This document shows, piece by piece, positions 51,585-61,500 of a stretch of DNA of 64,000 nt. Numbering within the stretch: position 1 is the first letter of the stretch; every line of letters begins with the position of its first letter. A program made the translations under genes and the position numbers. A model generated the notes under the pieces. That model was not told where the DNA came from. It was given only the letters and a program-made list of their open reading frames with translations, and did not search any database. This DNA comes from an uncultured Desulfarculus sp. (GTDB taxonomy: Bacteria; Desulfobacterota; Desulfarculia; Desulfarculales; Desulfarculaceae), in assembly GCA_963665125.2 (NCBI GenBank), contig CAXXUK010000001.1, positions 2,272,001 to 2,336,000 of the forward strand, written 5' to 3'.

Positions 51585-51623
51585 CTCTTCTCTCAGTGCC
51601 GGGCCCCCCTTGGGGCCCAGCCA

Positions 51624-51893
51624 TTACTTGCGGATACCCAGTGCCTTGATGACAGTGCGGTACCGCTCAACGTCGTTGCGCTTGAGGTAATTGAGCAGGC
51701 GGCGGCGCTGGCCGACCAGCTTCAAGAGGCCGCGTCGGCTGTGATGGTCTTTTTTGTGAGTCTTGAAATGCTCGGTCAAGTACTTGATCCGTTCAGTCAA
51801 GATGGCAATCTGTACTTCCGGCGAACCGGTGTCGTTGTCACCGCGTGCGAACTGTTCGATAAGCGCACGCTTTCCTTCTGCAGTCAGAACCAC
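51624..51893 (-). CDS. rpsO: 30S ribosomal protein S15
   Basis: [24 protein letters not shown] start after GGAGG. Confidence 0.97.
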   Translation of the reverse strand: MVLTAEGKRALIEQFARGDNDTGSPEVQIAILTERIKYLTEHFKTHKKDHHSRRGLLKLVGQRRRLLNYLKRNDVERYRTVIKALGIRK

Positions 51894-51972
51894 TTCAATT
51901 CCTCCAATTCTTGGGCTTGGCACCCCTCGTCTGCGGCCCAGTAGCCAAAGGAGACCTCCTCCCGGACCGGGC

Positions 51973-52983
51973 TTACTCGGCGCCTTGCGCCGACGCAGAT
52001 GTTAGAGCATTCGGGGAATCCATATCCCCGGGGAAAACCCTAATTACTTCATAGTCTCTGTCTCGCCTGGGCTCGTCGGGTTCCAGCCACCTGAGCACGG
52101 CGATCAGAGTTCCATTATGTTCCAGGACCCTGAAAGGCCCTTGTGCCTTGTCCAGGGCCAGGCCCTGGGGTAATAACGTTTCGCTCGGCAGGCCCTGCCC
52201 CTGGCGCAGGCGCCATGCCCCGTCGTCGTCGACCGTGACTGCGGGCAGTCCGCAGCGGCCCAGGGCCTCGGACATGCTTATCAGCCGCCTGGCCAATTCT
52301 TCCGGCGTCAGTTCCAGGGCCTGTTCCAGGCCGATGGCCTCATCCTGGCCGAACGGCAGGCTGGCCGTGCGCCGCAGGCTTTGCAGATGCCCCACGCTGC
52401 CCAGATCCTTGGCCAGGTCTTCGCCCAGGGTGCGGATGTAGGCCCCCCGGGAGCAGTGCATCTCAAAGTCGATCTCGCCGGGCCGCAGGTCCAGCAGCGC
52501 GGCGTCGTAAATTGTAATGGGCCTGGGCGGCTTTTCCACAATTTTCCCATCACGGGCATAGGAATAAAGCGGCCGACCTTCATGCTTTGCCGCCGAATAG
52601 GCCGGCGGGCTCTGCATGCGCGGCCCGATCATCACCGCCAGGGCCTGTTCCACCGTGGCCCGGTCCAGCTCCGGCACCGGCGCGGTCCCTGTCTCGCTGC
52701 CGGCCAGGTCGCCGGTGTCGGTGCACCGGCCCAACACCAGGCCGGCCCGGTATTTCTTGCCTCCGGCCCCCAGCAGATCGCTGAGCTTGGTGGCCTGGTT
52801 GAAGGCAACCACCAACACGCCGGTGGCGAATGGGTCCAGGGTGCCGCTGTGGCCGATCTTGGCCGGGCCGAAACGCCCCCTCAGCTTTGCCACCACGTCA
52901 TGCGAGGTGGGGCCTTCGGGTTTGTCGACCACCAGGACCCCGGACTCGAAAAACCTCGTGCGCCATTTACGGCGGCGGCCCAT
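51973..52983 (-). CDS. truB: tRNA pseudouridine(55) synthase
   Basis: [37 protein letters not shown]. Confidence 0.96.
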   Translation of the reverse strand: MGRRRKWRTRFFESGVLVVDKPEGPTSHDVVAKLRGRFGPAKIGHSGTLDPFATGVLVVAFNQATKLSDLLGAGGKKYRAGLVLGRCTDTGDLAGSETGTAPVPELDRATVEQALAVMIGPRMQSPPAYSAAKHEGRPLYSYARDGKIVEKPPRPITIYDAALLDLRPGEIDFEMHCSRGAYIRTLGEDLAKDLGSVGHLQSLRRTASLPFGQDEAIGLEQALELTPEELARRLISMSEALGRCGLPAVTVDDDGAWRLRQGQGLPSETLLPQGLALDKAQGPFRVLEHNGTLIAVLRWLEPDEPRRDRDYEVIRVFPGDMDSPNALTSASAQGAE

Positions 52984-53942
52984 CAGAGGCCCTCCACCAG
53001 GGGCAGCAAAAGGCCCTGAATCTTGGCGGCCACATCGTCCAGTGAGCCTTCGACCCGCGCCCCGGCGGCGTTGTGATGCCCGCCGCCGCCCAGCCCTCGG
53101 GCCACGGCGGCCACATCAACCAGGCCCCTGGAACGCATGCTGAGCTTGACCAGGCCGTCTTCGGTCTGGCGCAACAAAACCGCCACCTGCACGCCGGGTA
53201 TGCCCCGGATGGCCTCCACGGCCTGTTCAAGGTCCTGGGCCTGGGCCCGCACCTTGTCCAGGTCGGCCAGGCTGACCTTGGCCACGGCCAGACGCCCCCG
53301 GGCGTACGTCTCGACGCCGTCCATGACTCGGCCCAACAGCTTGAGGCGAACTGGTCTGGTGGCGTACACCTCCTGGCTGATGGCCCAGGGCTCGGCCCCG
53401 GCCGCAACCAGCTTTGACGCCGCCAGTAAAGCCTGGGGCGTGGTGTTGGAATAGCGGAACGAGCCCGTGTCGGTCTGGATGCCCACAAACAGGCAGGCCG
53501 CGGCTTCCGGGCCTATGGCCCAGTCCATATCTTCGGCCAGGTCCACCAGCATCTGGCAGACAGCGGCGTATGTCGTATCGATCCAGGCCGCGCCGGCGTC
53601 CGGGGCCTCGCCCCGATGGTGGTCTATGGCCACCCAGTCTCCGGCGCTGGCGATAACATCAGAGCCCAGAGGCCCCACCCGCTGGGCGTCGTGGCAGTCC
53701 ACCAGCACGGCCAAGTCGTATTCTTCGCTCACCTGGCCGGTCAGGCCGTCCACGCCCGGCAAAAAAGCGTATTCCTCGGGCAAGGGCCCGGCGCTGTAGA
53801 CCGTGACGTTCTTGCCCGCGCCTTTGAGCATATGCATCAGGCCCAGGGTCGCCCCCAGGGCGTCGCCGTCCGGGTCCCGGTGGGACGCTATAATTACGCT
53901 GCCGGCTCTTTGAAGCAGCCCGGCCACGGCGCTAGCTGTCAT
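52983..53942 (-). CDS. DHH/DHHA1 phosphoesterase (NrnA-like)
   Basis: HRDPDGDA, IDHH, TDTGSFRY, GGGHHNAAG; start uncertain. Confidence 0.93.
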   Translation of the reverse strand: MTASAVAGLLQRAGSVIIASHRDPDGDALGATLGLMHMLKGAGKNVTVYSAGPLPEEYAFLPGVDGLTGQVSEEYDLAVLVDCHDAQRVGPLGSDVIASAGDWVAIDHHRGEAPDAGAAWIDTTYAAVCQMLVDLAEDMDWAIGPEAAACLFVGIQTDTGSFRYSNTTPQALLAASKLVAAGAEPWAISQEVYATRPVRLKLLGRVMDGVETYARGRLAVAKVSLADLDKVRAQAQDLEQAVEAIRGIPGVQVAVLLRQTEDGLVKLSMRSRGLVDVAAVARGLGGGGHHNAAGARVEGSLDDVAAKIQGLLLPLVEGL

Positions 53943-54324
53943 CGGGTTCCCCATCGGCGTCGTCGTCGCCTGAAACCATCTGGTCATGCTCACGGGCCTG
54001 CTTGATCAGCGCGTCCATGCTCATGCCCCTGGTTATGGAACCGTCCCACACCGGAACAAGCTTGGGCAAAACCTTCATATGCAGCCTGGCCGCCAGTTCC
54101 TTGCGCAGAAACGCGGAAGCGGCGATCAGCCCGGCTTCGGCCTGTTCACGGCGCTGGTCGTCCATCACCGTATAAAACACCTTGGCCTGGCGCAGGTCCG
54201 GGCTGACATCCACGGCGGTCAGCGAGACGCCCTCCACCCTGGGGTCCTTGACTTTGCGGATGAGCAACTGGGCCAATTCCGCCTGGATCAGGTGTCCCAC
54301 TCGTCTTGTGCGGCGGGTGCCCAT
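53932..54324 (-). CDS. rbfA: Ribosome-binding factor A
   Basis: KDPRV, VSPDLRQAKV, PKL..WD. Confidence 0.95.
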   Translation of the reverse strand: MGTRRTRRVGHLIQAELAQLLIRKVKDPRVEGVSLTAVDVSPDLRQAKVFYTVMDDQRREQAEAGLIAASAFLRKELAARLHMKVLPKLVPVWDGSITRGMSMDALIKQAREHDQMVSGDDDADGEPDDS

Positions 54325-54623
54325 GTCATCTCTCCCAGGTTTATTATCTCCACCCGCACATCGCTTAGTTGGGCCAGGCCCAGATAATCGACGAAGTGCC
54401 GGATTTTTTCCATCTGCTCTTCCACAAAGGCCGGTTCATTACCGCACACGGCAAAACCCAGCTCAATGCGCTGCCACAGGTCCTGGCCACCCACTTCCGA
54501 CGCGGCCACGTTGAATTTGGCCCTCACGCGGTCCAAAATGGAGCGGACCACCTTGCGCTTTTCCTTTAAGCTGCCCGCGCCCATCAGGTGCAGGGTCAGC
54601 TTGAGCGCGCCAACGTACATCAC
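54288..54623 (-). CDS. DUF503 (YlxP) family protein
   Basis: SLKEKRKVVRS, FNVAASEV..QDLWQR. Confidence 0.92.
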   Translation of the reverse strand: MMYVGALKLTLHLMGAGSLKEKRKVVRSILDRVRAKFNVAASEVGGQDLWQRIELGFAVCGNEPAFVEEQMEKIRHFVDYLGLAQLSDVRVEIINLGEMTWAPAAQDEWDT

Positions 54624-54624
54624 C

Positions 54625-57564
54625 CTACAGGGTCGCCGCGATCTCGTGGATCACATAGACCTCAATCTGGTCTCCGACCTTGATGTCGTTGTAGTTCTCC
54701 AGGCCGATGCCGCACTCGAATCCCTGGGATACTTCCTTGACGTCGTCCTTGAACCGGCGCAGGCTCGACACCTTTGATTTGGCCATGACCACGCCATCGC
54801 GCAGCAAGCGGGCGTGGGCGCCGCGCTGGACCTTGCCGGATAGAACGGCGCAACCGCCGATGACGCCGATCTTGGGCACGCTGAAGGTGTCGCGCACCTC
54901 GGCCAGACCGACGACCTCTTCCTCGTATTCCGGAGCCAGCATGCCGGTCAGAGCCTTGTTCACGTCATCGACGACCTGGTAGATCACGTCATAAGTACGG
55001 ATCTCCACATGTTCGGCCTCGGCCACTTCCGTGACCTTGCCGGTGGGCCGCACGTTGAAGCCGATGATAATGGCGTTGGACGCCGAGGCCAGCATGACGT
55101 CGGTCTCGGTGATGGCGCCGGTGGCCGAATGGATCACATCCACCCGCACCTGCTCGTTGCCCAGCTTGCGCAGGGCGTCGACCAGGGCCTCCACCGAACC
55201 CTGCACATCGGCCTTGACCACGATGGAAAGCTCCTGGACCTCGCCTTCGGCCAGTTGCTCCATGATGCTTTCCAGGCTGGCCTTGCGGCTGGCGGCCAGT
55301 TCGCTGGCCCGCTTTTTCATCTGGCGGTGCTCGGCGATGCGCTTGGCGTCCTTGTCGAACTCGACCACGGCAAACTCGTCGCCGGCCTGGGGCACGCCGG
55401 CAAAGCCCTGGACCTCAACCGGAATGGAGGGCCCGGCCGAATCGACCTGGTTGCCCCGGTCGTCGAACAGCGCGCGCACGCGTCCGGAATGCACGCCGCA
55501 GACAAAGGCGTCTCCGGTGCGCAAGGTGCCTTCCTGGACCAACACCGTGGCCATGGCGCCCCGTCCCTTGTCCAGGCGGGCTTCGATGATCCTGCCCGCA
55601 GCTGGCTTGTCCGGGTTGGCCTTGAGTTCCATGATCTCGGCCTGGAGGTTCAACAATTCCAACAACTCCGGAATGCCCTCGCCGGTCTTGGCGCTGACAT
55701 TGGTGAAGATGGTGTTTCCTCCCCAGTCTTCAGGCAGCAGGCCGTGCTCGGAAAGCTCGCGGCGGACCTTGTCCGGGTCGGCGCCGGGCTTATCGATCTT
55801 ATTGACCGCCACCACAATGGGCACGTCTGCCGCCTTGGAGTGGTTGATGGCCTCAACGGTCTGCTGCATCACGCCGTCATCGGCGGCCACCACCAGGACA
55901 ACAACGTCGGTGACCTGGGCTCCTCGGGAGCGCATCTCGGTAAAGGCCGCGTGGCCGGGGGTGTCGACAAACACGACCTGGCCACCGTCGGGCAGCTTCA
56001 CGTCGTAGGCGCCCACATGCTGGGTGATGCCTCCGGCCTCGCCGTCGGTGACGTTGGTTTGGCGGATCTTGTCCAGCAAAGACGTCTTGCCGTGGTCGAC
56101 GTGGCCCATGATCGTAACCACGGGCGGGCGCGCCTGCATATCCTCGGGCTTGTCCGCGGCGCGCTCGATGAAGCTTTCTTCCTCAAAGCCCACGCGCTCG
56201 ACCTCGAAGCCAAACTCCTGAGCCACCAATACGGCGTCTTCAAGATCCAGCGTCTGGTTGACCGTGACCATCATGCCGGCCCTCATCAGCCGGGCCACGA
56301 CTTCAGTGGCCTTGATGCCCATGCGCTTGGCCAACTCGGCAACGTTGATGGTCTCGCCTACCTTGATGCGGCGTTTGATGGCCTTGGGTGTGGTGACCTC
56401 GGTTTTTTTGCCCCTTTTGGCGGGCTGGCCGCCCTTGCCCCTGCCTTTGCGGGCGCGGCCGTCATACAAGTCGGCCTTGTCCAAAACCTGCTTGCGGCGG
56501 GCGCCGGCGCGGCGCATCAGATCTTCATCATCCGGTATTCCGCCGGGACCGGTTCTTTTGGTCTTTTTGCGGCGGCGGCGCTGCTGATCGTCTTCCTTGG
56601 GCGGCGGCGGCGCGGCGTTGGGATCAAACTCGGCCGGACCGGGTGCCGGCGGACGCTGGGGCCGGGGGGGCCGCACGGTGGGCTTTGGCCTCGGCGCACC
56701 CCCTGAGGGGATCGGCGCCATGGGCTTGTCCGGTCTGCTGATTATCTTGGCGGGCTCGTCATCGAACCGGCGTTTTTTCTTCTGCTTATCCTTACCCTTG
56801 GGCTTTGCTTTGAGGCCCTGTTCCGCCTTGGCCCCCGTCTTGTCGGATTCAGACCTGGGAGGTCTGTCCGCATGCTCGGGCTTGTACTCGGGCTTGCCGG
56901 CCCGGGCCTCGGGCCTGGGCTCCTGCTCGGCCTTGGCTTCTTTTTTAGGCACTGGCCTTTCAGCAACCGGCCCTTGTTTGACCTCAGGGCTAACCTGGGC
57001 CGCCGCCTCTGTTTTCACCTCAGTCTTGGGCTCTGGTTTGGGCTCCAACCCAGGCTTGGCTTCGGCTTTGGGAGCAGGTTCCGGCTCTGGCTCGACCGCT
57101 TTGGCCTCGGCCACCGGCTCAGGCGCCGATTCCGGTTCCGGTTCCGGCTTGGCTTGGGCCTTGGGAGCAGGTTCGGACTCCAACTCCGGCTCGGGCATGG
57201 CCTTGGCCTTAACCTCCGGCTCGGGCTCGGGTTCCGGCTTGGCTTGGGCCACTGCGGGCTCCGCCTCATCCGCCTCCGGCTGCCACTCCGGTTCTTCCGC
57301 GGCAGACTCGGCATCATCAACGGCCTCGCCATCATCTGACGTCTGGGCCGTTTTCTTGCGGCGGCGGCGAATAACTTTTGTGGTGACGCGCTTTTCTTCA
57401 ACCACATCGGGGCGGTCGGAACTTACCGTTCCACGCACCTTTTCGACGACCTCAGGATCCAGGTTGCTCATATGATTACGGACGTCGACGCCCATCTCCA
57501 ACAGCTGCCTGAGCAGATCCTTGTTGTCCATCCTGAGTTCTTTGGCCAGCTCTAAAACCCGCAT
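54625..57564 (-). CDS. infB: Translation initiation factor IF-2
   Basis: RVLELAKEL, MGHVDHGKTSLLD, DTPGH, NKID. Confidence 0.98.
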   Translation of the reverse strand: MRVLELAKELRMDNKDLLRQLLEMGVDVRNHMSNLDPEVVEKVRGTVSSDRPDVVEEKRVTTKVIRRRRKKTAQTSDDGEAVDDAESAAEEPEWQPEADEAEPAVAQAKPEPEPEPEVKAKAMPEPELESEPAPKAQAKPEPEPESAPEPVAEAKAVEPEPEPAPKAEAKPGLEPKPEPKTEVKTEAAAQVSPEVKQGPVAERPVPKKEAKAEQEPRPEARAGKPEYKPEHADRPPRSESDKTGAKAEQGLKAKPKGKDKQKKKRRFDDEPAKIISRPDKPMAPIPSGGAPRPKPTVRPPRPQRPPAPGPAEFDPNAAPPPPKEDDQQRRRRKKTKRTGPGGIPDDEDLMRRAGARRKQVLDKADLYDGRARKGRGKGGQPAKRGKKTEVTTPKAIKRRIKVGETINVAELAKRMGIKATEVVARLMRAGMMVTVNQTLDLEDAVLVAQEFGFEVERVGFEEESFIERAADKPEDMQARPPVVTIMGHVDHGKTSLLDKIRQTNVTDGEAGGITQHVGAYDVKLPDGGQVVFVDTPGHAAFTEMRSRGAQVTDVVVLVVAADDGVMQQTVEAINHSKAADVPIVVAVNKIDKPGADPDKVRRELSEHGLLPEDWGGNTIFTNVSAKTGEGIPELLELLNLQAEIMELKANPDKPAAGRIIEARLDKGRGAMATVLVQEGTLRTGDAFVCGVHSGRVRALFDDRGNQVDSAGPSIPVEVQGFAGVPQAGDEFAVVEFDKDAKRIAEHRQMKKRASELAASRKASLESIMEQLAEGEVQELSIVVKADVQGSVEALVDALRKLGNEQVRVDVIHSATGAITETDVMLASASNAIIIGFNVRPTGKVTEVAEAEHVEIRTYDVIYQVVDDVNKALTGMLAPEYEEEVVGLAEVRDTFSVPKIGVIGGCAVLSGKVQRGAHARLLRDGVVMAKSKVSSLRRFKDDVKEVSQGFECGIGLENYNDIKVGDQIEVYVIHEIAATL
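57020..57260. repeat. Pro/Glu/Ala/Lys coding repeats in the IF-2 N-terminal linker
   Basis: About five AxAKPEPEPE-like units; DNA unit TTCCGGCTTGGCTTGGGCC occurs twice. Confidence 0.75.
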
Positions 57565-57608
57565 AAGCTAAAATGAATCTCCTAAATGTCTCACCAGTGC
57601 GATTGGCC

Positions 57609-57872
57609 CTAACAGCCCAACCGGCTCATCAATTCGGCCCATTGTCTATCATCGATGGGCCTTTTAAACAGGCTCCAGCGGTTGCGTAACCTTGGCAGCC
57701 TCTTGGCGCATTGGCCATGCCTGCATATATATGCCCCCCTGCCGGGCAGCATGCGGTCCGGGTCAGGCACAATCGAACCGTCTATCATGGCCAGGCGCAG
57801 CAAGCTCTGCTGGGGGGCCTTGCGTCGGCATACAACGCAAGTCCGCTCCGGACCCGGCTTTTGTTCCAGCAC
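57609..57872 (-). CDS. YlxR (DUF448) family protein
   Basis: PERTCVVCR, GRGAYIC. Confidence 0.92.
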   Translation of the reverse strand: MLEQKPGPERTCVVCRRKAPQQSLLRLAMIDGSIVPDPDRMLPGRGAYICRHGQCAKRLPRLRNRWSLFKRPIDDRQWAELMSRLGC

Positions 57873-57875
57873 TAT

Positions 57876-59258
57876 CTAGGCCTCCTCCTCGGAGGGGCTT
57901 TCCACGCCGTCTTCAGCGTTCTGGTCGTCAGGCTGTTCCGGCGATTCCTGGTCTTCCACCGCGTCGGCATCGTCCGCCGCGGCCTGTGTTTCCCGCTCGG
58001 CCTCGGATTCCTTGCCGCCCTGTTTGCGCTTGGCGATATATTCCTTTGCGTCGGCGATCAATTGTTCGGCCCGCTCAGTCTCAATGCCCTGAAGGGCCTC
58101 AAGATCTTCCACGCTGGAGTATGCCAGTGAATCGGCCGAATTGTAACCCGCCTGGAACAGGGTGTCAGCGCTTGTATCACCCACACCGACCACATCCAGC
58201 AGCGAACGGTAACCGTCGCGCAGGCTCTCGCTGTACTTGGACTCGCTCTTGACGTCGATCTTCCAGCCGGTGAGCTTGCTGGCCAGACGCACGTTTTGCC
58301 CCCGGCGGCCGATGGCCAGCGAGAGCATGTCGTCGGCCACGATGACTTCCATGGTCTGGTTGGCGTCGTCGACCACCACCCGGCTTATCTCGGCCGGGGC
58401 CAGGGCGTTGACCACATAGCGGGCCGGATCTGGGTCGTAGGCGATAATGTCGATTTTTTCGCCGCGCAGTTCCTGTACCACGGCCTGGACGCGGGAGCCC
58501 TTCATTCCCACGCAGGCGCCCACCGGGTCGACGTCGCGGTCGCTGGAGCTGACGCCGATCTTGGTGCGGCTGCCGGCTTCGCGGGCGGTGCCTTCAACGG
58601 TGACGATGCCCTCGGAGATCTCCGGGACCTCCAACTCGAACAGGGCCTCGACAAAGCCGGGATGGGTGCGCGAAAGAATGATCTGGGGACCGCGGGAAAT
58701 GCGTTTGACGTCCAGGACATAGGCGCGGACGCGGTCACCGGGGCGGTAGCCTTCCCGGGGCACCTGCTCGCGGGCCGGGATGATGGCCTCGGTGCGGCCC
58801 AGGTTGACGATGATGGCGCCTTTGTCGAACCGTTGGACGATGCCGTTGATGATCTCTGATTTGCGGTCCTTGAAGTCTTCGAAGATAATGTCCCGCTCGG
58901 CGTCCTTCATGCGCTGGATTATGACCTGTTTGGCGCTCTGGGCCGCGATACGGCCAAAGTCGCCGGTCTCTACCTTGATGCCCAGTTCATCGCCCGGTTC
59001 ACAGTCCGGGTCCAGCTTCAGCGCGTCTTCCAGGCCGATTTGGGTGTCCGGGTCTTCCAGGTTCTCAACAACTTCCTTGAACTCGAAAACCTCGACCTCG
59101 CCAAGTTCATCGTTGTAGGCCACATCGACCTCAACCTTGGAACCGAGCTTGCGCCTGGCGGCCGATTGCATGGCCTCTTCAAGGGTACTGATGAGGATTT
59201 CGCGGTCCAGACCTTTTTCCCTGGCCACGGAATCAATTATTCTCCTCAGTTCGCTCAT
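57876..59258 (-). CDS. nusA: Transcription termination factor NusA
   Basis: [35 protein letters not shown]. Confidence 0.97.
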   Translation of the reverse strand: MSELRRIIDSVAREKGLDREILISTLEEAMQSAARRKLGSKVEVDVAYNDELGEVEVFEFKEVVENLEDPDTQIGLEDALKLDPDCEPGDELGIKVETGDFGRIAAQSAKQVIIQRMKDAERDIIFEDFKDRKSEIINGIVQRFDKGAIIVNLGRTEAIIPAREQVPREGYRPGDRVRAYVLDVKRISRGPQIILSRTHPGFVEALFELEVPEISEGIVTVEGTAREAGSRTKIGVSSSDRDVDPVGACVGMKGSRVQAVVQELRGEKIDIIAYDPDPARYVVNALAPAEISRVVVDDANQTMEVIVADDMLSLAIGRRGQNVRLASKLTGWKIDVKSESKYSESLRDGYRSLLDVVGVGDTSADTLFQAGYNSADSLAYSSVEDLEALQGIETERAEQLIADAKEYIAKRKQGGKESEAERETQAAADDADAVEDQESPEQPDDQNAEDGVESPSEEEA

Positions 59259-59339
59259 GCGAAACTCCTGATATAGCTGGCCAAAGTATGCCATCCCCAG
59301 CTATTGGCCGAAAAACCGCCGCGGTTTTTCAACGCCCGG

Positions 59340-59819
59340 TTAGTCAATCACCAGATTGGCCTGGGCCACCTGGCTCAAAGGCACGGCTCTGACCCGTCCA
59401 TCTAATTCTATCAAAACGTCATCGCCCTGCAGGCCCATGAGCTTGCCGATCAAAATATCCCGGCCCTCTTCTTCGGCCCGGTTCACGACCACTTTCGCGT
59501 TGCGACCGGCGAACAGTTCATATTCCCGCCGGGCTTTCAGCCGACGCTCCAGACCCGGCGAACTGACCTCCAGGCGGAAAGATCCGGGTATGAGGTCTTC
59601 CACGTCCAGCAGGTCGGAAACCTGGCGGCTGACAACCGTGCATTCATCCAAGGTGACGCCGCCTTCCGGCCGGTCCACGAACAAGCGCAACACATAGCCG
59701 CTGTGCTCGGAGCGGTTTTGCAGCTCCACCAGAATCAGGCCTTCGGAGCGAACAATCGGTTCGATCAGCTCCAACAGGCGCTGTTCCAACTCAGCGCTAT
59801 TTGCACGGTCGGCGGACAT
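59340..59819 (-). CDS. rimP: Ribosome maturation factor RimP
   Basis: GVTLDEC, LEVSSPGLERRL. Confidence 0.95.
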   Translation of the reverse strand: MSADRANSAELEQRLLELIEPIVRSEGLILVELQNRSEHSGYVLRLFVDRPEGGVTLDECTVVSRQVSDLLDVEDLIPGSFRLEVSSPGLERRLKARREYELFAGRNAKVVVNRAEEEGRDILIGKLMGLQGDDVLIELDGRVRAVPLSQVAQANLVID

Positions 59820-60094
59820 ACACCTCTCCCAGCGGGCCCGATAGCCCCCGGCAACAGGTGCAGCGCTATCCCACCACAAAGGCGAGGCCGCGTCCCATGC
59901 AAACCTGTCCGCTAATCACGGTGGACCGGATAGTCGGCCAGATCGGGTCAAGTCCACAATCCGAAGCAAGTAGCCAACAGCGGGGGACGCTGCTGAAAAC
60001 CCCCTCAAAAAGGGACGTGTCCGGCGTGGGGTCATCGCGCTCTAGGCGCGGCCGCGGCCCCTGCCGGGGAAACAACCGGGAAGTAAAAAAATCC

Positions 60095-60170
60095 TGGAGC
60101 GGGCAACGGGGGTCGAACCCGCGACTTCAAGCTTGGGAAGCTCGTACTCTACCAACTGAGTTATGCCCGC
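60095..60170 (-). tRNA. tRNA-Gly (anticodon CCC)
   Basis: Minus strand GCGGGCA...TGCCCGC-TCCA, 76 nt, anticodon arm CGAGC-TTCCCAA-GCTTG. Confidence 0.97.
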
Positions 60171-60312
60171 TCACCGCCCCAACACAAGGTATTCAAACGC
60201 ACTGTTTCGCATTAAAATACCCCGCTAACCAACAGCCGCGAAGCCCGGGTCAAGTTTGCCCCAGCCCCACGGCGCACTAGTAGGGCGCGGCCCCATAGAG
60301 GCCGTCAGGGTT

Positions 60313-60340
60313 ATTATAGAGCAAACCCCACCGTTGGCAA
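60313..60340 (-). promoter_or_regulatory. Sigma-70 promoter upstream of tRNA-Gly
   Basis: Minus strand TTGCCA-N16-TATAAT. Confidence 0.7.
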
Positions 60341-60414
60341 GGGCAAAAAGCATCATTGATTTTTAGGCGTTGCCCTGATATCCATTTGCATCACTGCAAA
60401 AAGGAGAGTCGATC

Positions 60415-61500
60415 ATGACACCCCAGCCCGCGGCATCTCCCGCCAGCGTTGCCAGCCTCGACCGGCTAAAGGAGCAAGTTATCGACGCCGGCCTTTGCGT
60501 GGCCTGCGGAGCCTGCGTAAAGCTTTGCCCACACATGATATTCCGGGACGGCATGGTGGCCGCGCCCGACGCCTGCGGCCTGGAGGGCGGACGCTGCTAT
60601 GACCTGTGTCCCCAGGCGGCCAACCCCGGCCAGCCGGCCAAGCGCGGCGATTTGTTCAACAAAAGAGGCCAGGACGCATCGAATCCGCTTGGCCCGGTGC
60701 TGGCTGCCTATGCCGCCAGGGCCGTTGAAGGGGCCGTGCGCGACGCCGCGCAATACGGCGGCGTGGTCAGCACCCTTTTGTATCTGGCCCTGGACCAGGG
60801 GCTCATCGGCGAAGCCGTGCTGACCGAGGCGGGCCTGCGGGGCGCGCCCCAAGGCGTGCGGGTCAATACCGCCGCCGGTGTCCTGGCGGCCGCCAAATCC
60901 TTATACGCGGCCGGAGGGGCTCTCTCGGCCCTGAACCAGGCCCTGGCCGAGGACGCATCGCACAAATTGGGCGTGGTGGGCCTGCCCTGCCAGAGCTTGG
61001 CCGCCGCATCCATGACCGTGCATGAAAAATACACTCAGGCCGCCCAACGCATCGGCCTGGTCATCGGCCTGTTCTGCACCATGAACATGGACGCTCGCGG
61101 CCTGCGCGAGGTGCTCAAGCAGGCCGGGATCAACGGGCCCGTACAGCGGGGAGACTTCCCGCCGCCGCCGGCCGGCGTGTTCCAGGTCTGGACGGATTCC
61201 GGCATGAGCGAAATACCCCTTGACGACGTTTACCAGGCCAAGCTGCCGGGCTGCGCACTGTGTCCCGATCTCACGGCAGAGTTGGCCGATATCTCCGTTG
61301 GCGCCGTGGAAGGCCGCCCAGGCTGGAACACGGTGCTGGTGCGCACCGCGGCTGGCAAGGAGCTGATGGACCTGGCCCGGGACAAGGGCCTGCTGGAATA
61401 CGAAGAGCTGGACCGGGAAGGCCTGGCGGGCCTTAGTGTTGCGGCCCAAAACAAGCGCCAACGGGGCCTGGCGGCCTGGAAGGAGCGCGGCGATGCCTGA
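60415..61500 (+). CDS. FrhB/FdhB-family (F420 hydrogenase beta-like) Fe-S flavoprotein
   Basis: LCVACGACVKLCP, QYGGVVS, VGLPCQ, IGLFC, CALCPDLTAELADISVG. Confidence 0.9.
   Translation: MTPQPAASPASVASLDRLKEQVIDAGLCVACGACVKLCPHMIFRDGMVAAPDACGLEGGRCYDLCPQAANPGQPAKRGDLFNKRGQDASNPLGPVLAAYAARAVEGAVRDAAQYGGVVSTLLYLALDQGLIGEAVLTEAGLRGAPQGVRVNTAAGVLAAAKSLYAAGGALSALNQALAEDASHKLGVVGLPCQSLAAASMTVHEKYTQAAQRIGLVIGLFCTMNMDARGLREVLKQAGINGPVQRGDFPPPPAGVFQVWTDSGMSEIPLDDVYQAKLPGCALCPDLTAELADISVGAVEGRPGWNTVLVRTAAGKELMDLARDKGLLEYEELDREGLAGLSVAAQNKRQRGLAAWKERGDA

Noticed and set aside
51598..51622. Hairpin between rpsO and pnp
   Set aside because: A terminator or processing stem is commonly found at this position, so it is not unusual.
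49179..51944. 921-aa plus-strand ORF, and similar long ones at 30330-32426, 36179-37846, 44452-46044 and 55009-56706
   Set aside because: They lie antisense to well-conserved genes (pnp, fliF, TPR, lon, infB). Such shadow frames are expected at high GC3 and show no family motifs.
59880..60095. Possible att site or extra ncRNA between tRNA-Gly and rimP
   Set aside because: Only short GC stems, no repeat of the tRNA end and no recognisable RNA family.
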